A DNA stretch of 64,000 bases. It comes from Antedon mediterranea (Eukaryota; Animalia; Echinodermata). Shown here piece after piece: positions 13,301-22,300 of this stretch. The position numbers and the translations under genes were made by a program. The stretch covers positions 5,540,101-5,604,100 of the forward strand of contig NC_092677.1 of the NCBI RefSeq assembly GCF_964355755.1, in the 5' to 3' direction. The notes under the pieces are model-generated. The model was not told the DNA's origin. It made no database searches and worked only from the letters and a program-made list of their open reading frames with translations. The first letter of the stretch is position 1. Each line of letters begins with the position of its first letter.

Positions 13301-16300
13301 TACTATAGAAAATGATAACCAATTATGTTGTCTTTTTTAAATCCAATCAATGACGTCATGATCAATATAGAACAATAAAACCGCCGTATCATCACAATAT
13401 TATTGCTCTTACTGATACTGAATGGACGTGAAAATATTATTTTCATCAGAGACAGAAACACGTTCTAGAATAAATATTTTCTATTTTATGTCTTAAATAA
13501 AAAATGCATGTCGAATTATTAGTTACATATCGTTTTCATCCTAGTATAAACAGGCCTTTTCTTAGTTTCTAATAGAGAAAAAATGATAGTAGATAGTTGT
13601 ATTGTAAACATGAGTAAACATTATTTATGAGTGCAAAGGCACAAATAACAACAGATAACATTATAGATGCTAACATTTTAGTATGTACTTACAAATGGCC
13701 GTCTGCACTAAAATAATTTGTTGAAGTAGTTTCTAAATCCGTCCACGGAGATGTTAATAAGTTTTGTTTCTGAAAAAAACTTTTGTAGTCCGACTCAACA
13801 CCATTAAATACAAGTGCAGTCTCTCCAAGCTCATCATACAACGCCACTTTTACCTAGTATGGTTTTAAACAAACAAATTGACAATGACTGATCTAAAATA
13901 TTTCCTTTATTGTTCGACAGATATGTAAGGTTGATTATAAGATCCTCAGCTTGTTATGAATAGACAAGTAAGACCCGATTCTGCAGCTGTCACTAAATAC
14001 ATCCTAACTGACTTTCGCAGGTCATTAAGATACAAATCTAGGTGTAGCCTAGTACACTCACTATTCTTACTCTCACTATACGTATGTATTACCTTCTCTA
14101 TACCAATGTCATTCCAGTTTTCCAGCAAAGGGTTTACAAAACCTCGCCTATGTGCTAGGTCTAGGCTCATTGCCTCGTATTCGCCATCTCTATACCCTTC
14201 ACCTGATTCGTATAACTCAGTAAAATTTGAAGTCACTTCAGAAACTGCCTTGAAAATGAGTTCCCATTCTGTGTAATATAAAATATACCAATTTACAGAC
14301 TTATTAAACTATAGTTATAGACTTAATAAACTAGTTACAGACTTATTAAACTATTTATATACTTATTAACTAATTTATTCTGGCTGTTTTATTTAGCTTT
14401 TTGCTTAATATTATCTCTATTGTGATCCATCCACTGATACCCATAGCATTGCCATTGTTTTAGTAATTTGCATTTGGATTTATACTTAATAACTTAGTTC
14501 TATACCTGTTCAAAATATTTATATACTTATTAAACAAGTTATATATACGCTTATTAAGTTCTAAACACATTTTAGTTATTTTAAACTACCATAAATTTGG
14601 TATTTAAATGTTTTACCCGAGGAGTGGCTGCCCCATATAGCAGGCATGTTCTGTGTAAAGTATACGTCTAAGTGCCTAAATAAGTCGACCTCGTTGCCTT
14701 CCGGTAGAGTACCGCCTAGCGATTGACATTCCGCAGATGTCACATTCCATGGAGCACTAAGTCCCATATTACCATATATGATTTCTTCAGACTTCATCCA
14801 TTGTGAATCTGTACAAGAAAATCAATTCAATGGAGTAGATGTTTAATATCCACATTAATAATGTGTTTCCTTATTTTTTGTGTTGTAGGCCTACACATTC
14901 AATGTTACGTTGCCTATCGAGAGTTTGCTCCTTCAGATGACATGGGAAACCATTAGCAATGCAGGAACTAGCAAATTCCTAGGCCTAATTGATCTGATCT
15001 TTATATAAGTACTTTAGACGTTTTTTTTTTTCATTTTTTATATATGCGTTACAATGGCTGTTCACACGTATTTATCTGAGTTAAAACAATCGATTGGTTT
15101 AACTTGTTACGTTTTCAAACGTGTGTGAAGTAATGTTAGTTCGAATGTATATCTGAAATCAGTCGGAGGTGGTTAGGCCCACATCATCAGATGTTTTACC
15201 GATTTAACGAGAGGGATGTAAGAGAGTTATAACCAATTACAGGACCACCTTACTTATGTCGGTTTTTACTCTGATTCGGATCAGCTTAAATCCGTTCTAT
15301 GAAGATTAGTTCAGGGCATGTAAACATTTTTTTTTAAAGATAAAAATACTTTTTACAAGCAAACTTAGTTACTACTTACTGTCACACCCAAGAACCTCAA
15401 AACGCAAGGATATGCCGAAGTCATTTCCAGTGAATTGATGAAATTTCACGTATCGTGTTAGAGCCAATTTTGGAAATATGTTAGTTACTGCAGTATCACT
15501 GTCACTGTTACCCACAAACACCTGTTAATGCAAATATGTTTTTTTTAATAAATGCGTGTAATTGTTGATAAATTTTGGAATTCGTAGTTTATCCTATGGT
15601 ACTGGTGGAATCTAGATACAGTATCGGTAATGAAGTTTGTAATATCTTTTTAATGGAAAATTGACATTTAGTGATTCTATGTTCAATGAACAATTTGAGG
15701 TGTTTATGTGAGATAATACAAAAAGCAAACTCTTTTCGCGTCCACAATCGAGTTCCGCCTTTTTAGCCATAGCCCAGTCTTAAATTAAAAATAGAAACTT
15801 CTGGCTTGCGTTGATAAATAACAACAAGTTGGTGTTTTATAAAACAATTGAATGCTTTGTAAAATTTGTAAAATGTGCTGTTCCTTTATACCTCTAGACA
15901 TTTATTATCTGATTATTAATTAACACATATAGTTGTCCACACCTTTGGATTTCCGTGAATGTCTAAAATGGCTTCCCAATCATTGCCATTCATACTCAAC
16001 AAAACCTCGAAGGTAGTGACCCATCTGTTTCCATTTTGTCTCCCTTTCGTAATTACTCCAGTAACCGGTTTAATCCAGTTATCCAATTGTACTTGGATCC
16101 ATGGATTTGTATCACTGTTTTGTGGTCGCCATCCGCTTTCATTCATTCGAGCATACTGCTCGATGGCTCCTGTTCGGGAACTTGATGCCTGTATAAACTC
16201 GTCCGGTATTTTCCTTGATTCCATACCAAACGGTTCATCGCATAAATCTAAAACAAAATCATTCTGACAATAACTATTTGCCAATTTATGTTTATATTTT

Positions 16301-19300
16301 TTATGTATATTTTACTTTATTTATCAAATGGAGATGCAATTAATTTTGTGATTTAAAATTATAGTTGGTCTACATATTTCAGCTAGAATAAGTTTGCTTC
16401 GACACATTGATTCTTGTATACACACTTACTTGGTTCTTGTGTTAGTTGGCTTGTGGTTGATTCTTCAGTGGTAGTGGTAGTTGTAGCAGTGGTTGTAGTG
16501 CTAGCAACAGTGGTAACTACAGCAGCTGTGAAATCATACAAACATTCAGATCATCAGAAAAAGTGTCTCTACATTATCAACCTAGTTTGACAAAAATGTG
16601 TGATGCTCCAATTATGGAGTGATATGACATCATCATGTCCACATTTTTTTGTCACATAAAGTTTGATAGTGTAGACAGGGCTTTAGTTTTGTTTTTTAAA
16701 CTTCATAATGTATTTCTGGTTTTCCAAGCTTGTTCCTACTAAACGAAGTTGCACGTACGTGAACTAAAATCATGTTTATCGCGAATAGCGTGCGCGACGC
16801 ATGATGGGAAAGAAATGAGTGGCACACGTCACGTATGTACGGGATTTCCTTCATTTCCTTCCCATAAACACATTATTAATGTTATTGAAACCAAGGTAGG
16901 AAAAGTGTATACGAACAATTGCTAATATTTCGCGGTAAATGTTTGTGATCATACATACAGGATGTAGTGTCAGACGATTTTAAAAAAATGCTAAACCAAC
17001 GACAAACGCATGCGCACAATAGATCAACTGGCGTCAAATGTCAGCGCAATTCGATAGAGCCTTTATAACACAAACTTGTATTTATGACTTACCATCGCAT
17101 CCAAGAATTTCAAATCTGAGACATACGTGACTTATCCAAGTAAGTGGATTTATACGAACGTATTGAGCATTTACGGCAGACGGTAGCATATTCGTAACTT
17201 CGGTGTGTTGATCTGAATTGCCATTAAAAATCTTTAAGAAAACGAAATTCATTTAGATAAAACATTGGCTAAACCTAGTGTTGACAAAAAAAATCAAAAT
17301 AGTGATGTGCCATCATCGTGTCCATATGTGGGCACATCGCATTTTTTGTAACAAAATTTGTTAGAGTATCAGCCATTTCTTGTTGATATCTATTTTTGCT
17401 TGACAATAAAGATGAATCATGCGTTAATAATTTGAAATATATTGTTGAACAACGGCAATGATATCTGTCAGGTACCAAGCAGCATACGAGTTGTTGGGCA
17501 ATTTGTGTGATAATCTGTAGATAATAATTATCTCCTTTGTGCTTTACTTAACCCTTAGTAGAAAGTCAATTTTCATTTACTGATGACGTAGTTCATTGAC
17601 AATGTGAAGAATTATCACCTTCGTTTAAAATGATATACAGTAAATAACTTACAATCACTGCATCATTGTCATCAGTTATATCTACAAAGTTGGTGCCGTC
17701 AACGCTATAAAGAACTCCGTACGTCTTCACATATTTATTTCTATCACTTCGACCCTGCGTGATGACGCCGCTTATTTGTTTCAGAACACCAAAGTCAACC
17801 TGTATCCATTGGTTTGCATTGTTGTCACCTGAACACCAGGCACCATCGCCTTCACTGTCCGCTTGTGTATTTAATCTTCCACGTTCAGGTCTGTACTCAC
17901 TGGCGAAATAACCAGAAGATGACAAGTCTTGAGAAGGTATTGTGCCATCTTCAACTCCAAGTTTACTCGTGCAGGAATCTACTTTGATAACAATCGTATA
18001 AAATATTAAACATACTGTAATGTATTGATATAGATCTATAATTGATGAATCAACCTTAGTATCATATATTGTTTGAAGGTTTGCATGGCGAAATCAAATG
18101 TTGATATAAAGTTTGCGGTACACCACGTGTATTAATTCGGAAAAGAACTATTGAGTTTCTCGACGTTTCGATCAATATACTTTGATCGTCCTCAGAGTAT
18201 CACAATTCAATTGAGTTCACCAGTTTGCCCCAGAAAGGTCCATAGAAGAAAATGTCCAGATGTTTTAATGTCCATTAGGCAAAATAATTAGTTCTCCAAA
18301 GAAAACTATTAGAGATTGTCACTTTTTAAGCACAGATTACTTTTAAATTCTGCCGTTTAATGTCATCACAGGATCCAATAATTATTGATAATCTATCTAA
18401 ATATATTTATCATGCTTATAAGTTAATGATATATGTTTTGCTTAGAGAACAAAATTAACTAATTCATTTATCTTGTGACCATAAATTGCTTTATTTTTCA
18501 ATGTAATTATTATTTTGTTAATTACTAGGGGCCAGAGGCCTAAAGTCAATAAAGTCAATGAATGATTTGACAGGGCCAATTCATCATTGTAACCCAGATA
18601 CAATCCCTCCAAAATGTACCTGGATAAACTTAGGACCAATAGTTACGCTCAGAGATGATATAATGACACACCTTGCCGACAGTTCTTCAGAAGCACATCT
18701 ACAGCCACGCCTCACTTACAGCATCATTTATACTTTGTTCATGTTTCCTTATTATCGTATTATCCTGTATCATTCCTGAATTTGTATTATATTGTGTATT
18801 ACACCGTATTACTGAATAAACAACTGTGATATTCAATCAACCAAGCGAGTGGAGTCTTTAATACAGTAAAACCTTACACATTATAGTCCGGTGGCAGGAG
18901 GGGGGAATCACCACCCGAAAGGGGACAAATTGCCATCCAACTTTTCTAGACCAGAATTTTCCGTAGATCACGAATCTGGAAGGTAATCGATCAGGATAGG
19001 AAGCGAGATATAAGGGGTCAAAGTTCAAAATTGACCAATTTATTATATTTTACCAATGTATTATATATATTTTGTATTATAACCAATATATTTAAGTTTA
19101 ATTTGGTCTTTTAATACATTTGTTTGGTCATAGGTATCTATTCAGTCAAATGTCAATATTGATAAATCACAAAATTTGCCTATAAAACCAAATAAAAACT
19201 AACTAACTGTTTTTCATTCTGTTATATTAGGACATCAATCAATCATATACAATCAAAAGAGCACATTAATCATTAAACCAGTTGACATAGGTCAAAGGCC

Positions 19301-22300
19301 AACATTTTAACAAGTGATATACTAAATAATGCAAAGTTAGCCAAACTATGAGATCGATAGTCATAAATGTAATCACATTATTTGATCAGTAAAGTAATAT
19401 GGTATTTCTGATATTTTTTCCTAGTGCGCATTATTTTAAATGTATTATAATACTGTAAAATAAATAATAAAATTAATATTATGACTGTTAAAATGTTACG
19501 CTGACATTTAATGATTTTTCACAACACATTTGCATTTATTAGGGCTACAATATTCGTTTTTGGGCAATAAACTAGTATTCATCAGAATTAGAGAATAGCA
19601 GTTCATTCACAGGATAGAGCATAGGCAGATCCAAGTGGCCCAGCCCAGCCCACCCCATCCCCCACCTTTATTTTCGACAATGAAAAAGTAGGTTAACTTC
19701 ACCAATTCAATTCATAATTTCTAGGACTCCACATCTCTTTCTATTAAATGATCTTGGATTCGTCACTGTATGGTTTATAAACCGCAGAGAGGACACAAGC
19801 AATGTTGAAGCTTGTACAATTGTTTCGAAGAATAATTTTGTTTTTTCATTATTAAGTTCTGCAAATACTGTATGTTTCAAATGTTTTGATTACCTTTCAT
19901 AAGGGACCACCAGGATTTATTTCCCTTTTTAAAAGATAATATTGCCGGTTTCTATCAAGGACATATCGTTTGTATGAGCCTCAATATGGTTGATAGCCAC
20001 AGATAGTTTTTCTGTACAACTAATATAAGATATTATCTTCTTAAACACATTTTCCTGTGCATACTGTAGTAGAAAACCTGTTTATAATAAGGTCCATCTT
20101 TCCGAAGGTTTCATATAAAGTATACTGTTCAAAGTTAGCAGTATCATGTCAGGAGAATAAACTGTGACTCTCTTCTTTATGCGTCTAACGAACGTAAACA
20201 CCTAAATATTTTCTTTACAATTCAAGCTTATTCATAACATTAAATAATATTAGAAACAATAGACTAAAGTATAAAATGATTGAACATCAAAAATCATTAT
20301 TAGCAGTGGCAAGGGTCTGAGACTAATAGAACCAAGTCAATGCCAACTAATATAAAAAAGCACTGCTTGGAATGATTGTGATCACTGTAAATGATTAAGT
20401 CTATTCCTTTTTTCGAAAGAGGAGTCATGAATCAATCCTGGTTGTCAAATCCTGGTGGTCACATATAGAGATAATCAAAACTTTTTTGCAGAACTAGGCA
20501 ATGACCAAACTCTTCACAGAATAGTGTCTGGAAGAGAAATCATCTCATTTAGAATCATTTTAATGACAGCAATGCATATGCCCTGTTGGTGCACAGGCTA
20601 GTGTTCGGATAGTCCAGATAATCATGGACATGTGTTCCAGATTTATCTATTCACTATGGGTTGGTATGTACATATTCTGAATACTACTATGTTCTGATTG
20701 CAATGGGGATGAAAAAAGTGATAACCAATAATATAGTAATATTTGTTAGACGCTTATCCACCAAAGTGCTCAAGGCGCCTGTGAAAGACCAATGGAAACA
20801 ATCCGTAAACTTTAAAAAACTACCAAATCTAGACAAAAACCACATAATTGCATTCTGTTTACCAGTTAAGGTGCACAGACTGGCTAGTACATAAATAGGT
20901 ATTCTCAGTTTTCCGAGTATTTATAAACCAAAAGTATATAGCCAACATAAAGAAGCATATCAAATCATGAATGAATATTGCATATTACTCTGACAAATTT
21001 TTGCGAAATGAATTTTTAAAGGGTTTGCTTTAACCATTTATTTTATTTAAGGTCAGCGTAACATTTCACCTGTCTGATTTGATTAATTAGAGTATTATAT
21101 TAGTCAAATGTATAATGAAATAAAATAACTTTACTGATCAAATAATTTGATTACTTGTAAAACCATCGATATCATAGTTTGAACAAGTTTATTTGGTATC
21201 GGTAACTACTTAATATGCATATTAAAATTTTGACATTTGACCTTATGTCAACTGATGAAATGATGTATGTGCTCTTTTACATTAGTATTGATTAACAGGA
21301 TGAGAAAACATCAAATTTTATGTTAATTGTTAGTTACGTGATCTTTCAGAATGAAAAGATCCCCTGTTATTATTGTTATTATTATTATTCTCCTCCTTTA
21401 TTTCTTTCTGTACAGATTTTGTGTAACAGATATCTCAAAAACTTAACTTGCAATGATCATCAAATTTTCACAATATCTTTCAAATAATAAAATATTCTAA
21501 AAATAAGCTTTTCAGCGTGATCACTCATCCGTGAAGTCATTTATACGCCATTTTGTGAAATCACATTATTAGTCATATCTCTCTCATAACTTTTCATCAC
21601 ATATCAGTTAAATTCAATGTCAAGGGTAAAACTACGGTATTAAAAATAAAAATGTGCGCATAGACAAAGTTAAAATTTCTTAAAATAACATAAATGGTAC
21701 GGCTTTTATACGTGCTCCCTCTACATTTGTTTATACCAAATTATATAATTACTCTATTGGATATCATACACAATAATAATCATAGAAATAATGTTCAATT
21801 ATACAAAAAAAATGTATTGACTGGATTGCGGTTCTCCGCTAATAATAGATAGTTGACGTTTTCGCAAACGATCTGCTATAATTAGCCAATACGCCTCAAC
21901 TAAAGTTTCTATGCATCGGAATATTAGCGGTTGATATACCGGTATAACACCCTCCTTTGAATAGGCCCACAGTGGGCTTATTTTGAAGAACGGAAACACG
22001 TACAGATTTGGCAGGTCATCCAATTACTTTATTTACATTTAGTTGACTACAGTAAAAAATAGGAATGTACGGTTTTTAAAAGTGTTTGGTAAAATACTTA
22101 CTAGTTTCACAATTAGTGCCAGAGTACCCAGGTACACAAGAGCAAGTGTATGTTCCTACGCCATCTGTACACGCACCGCCATTTTGACATGGTGACAGAT
22201 AACTGCAATGGTCAATATCTGGAAGTAATGTTTAAATTAAATGTTTAAAAAGTACACAATAAACAAGAACCTTTGATGGGGATATTACCGGTATATTAAC

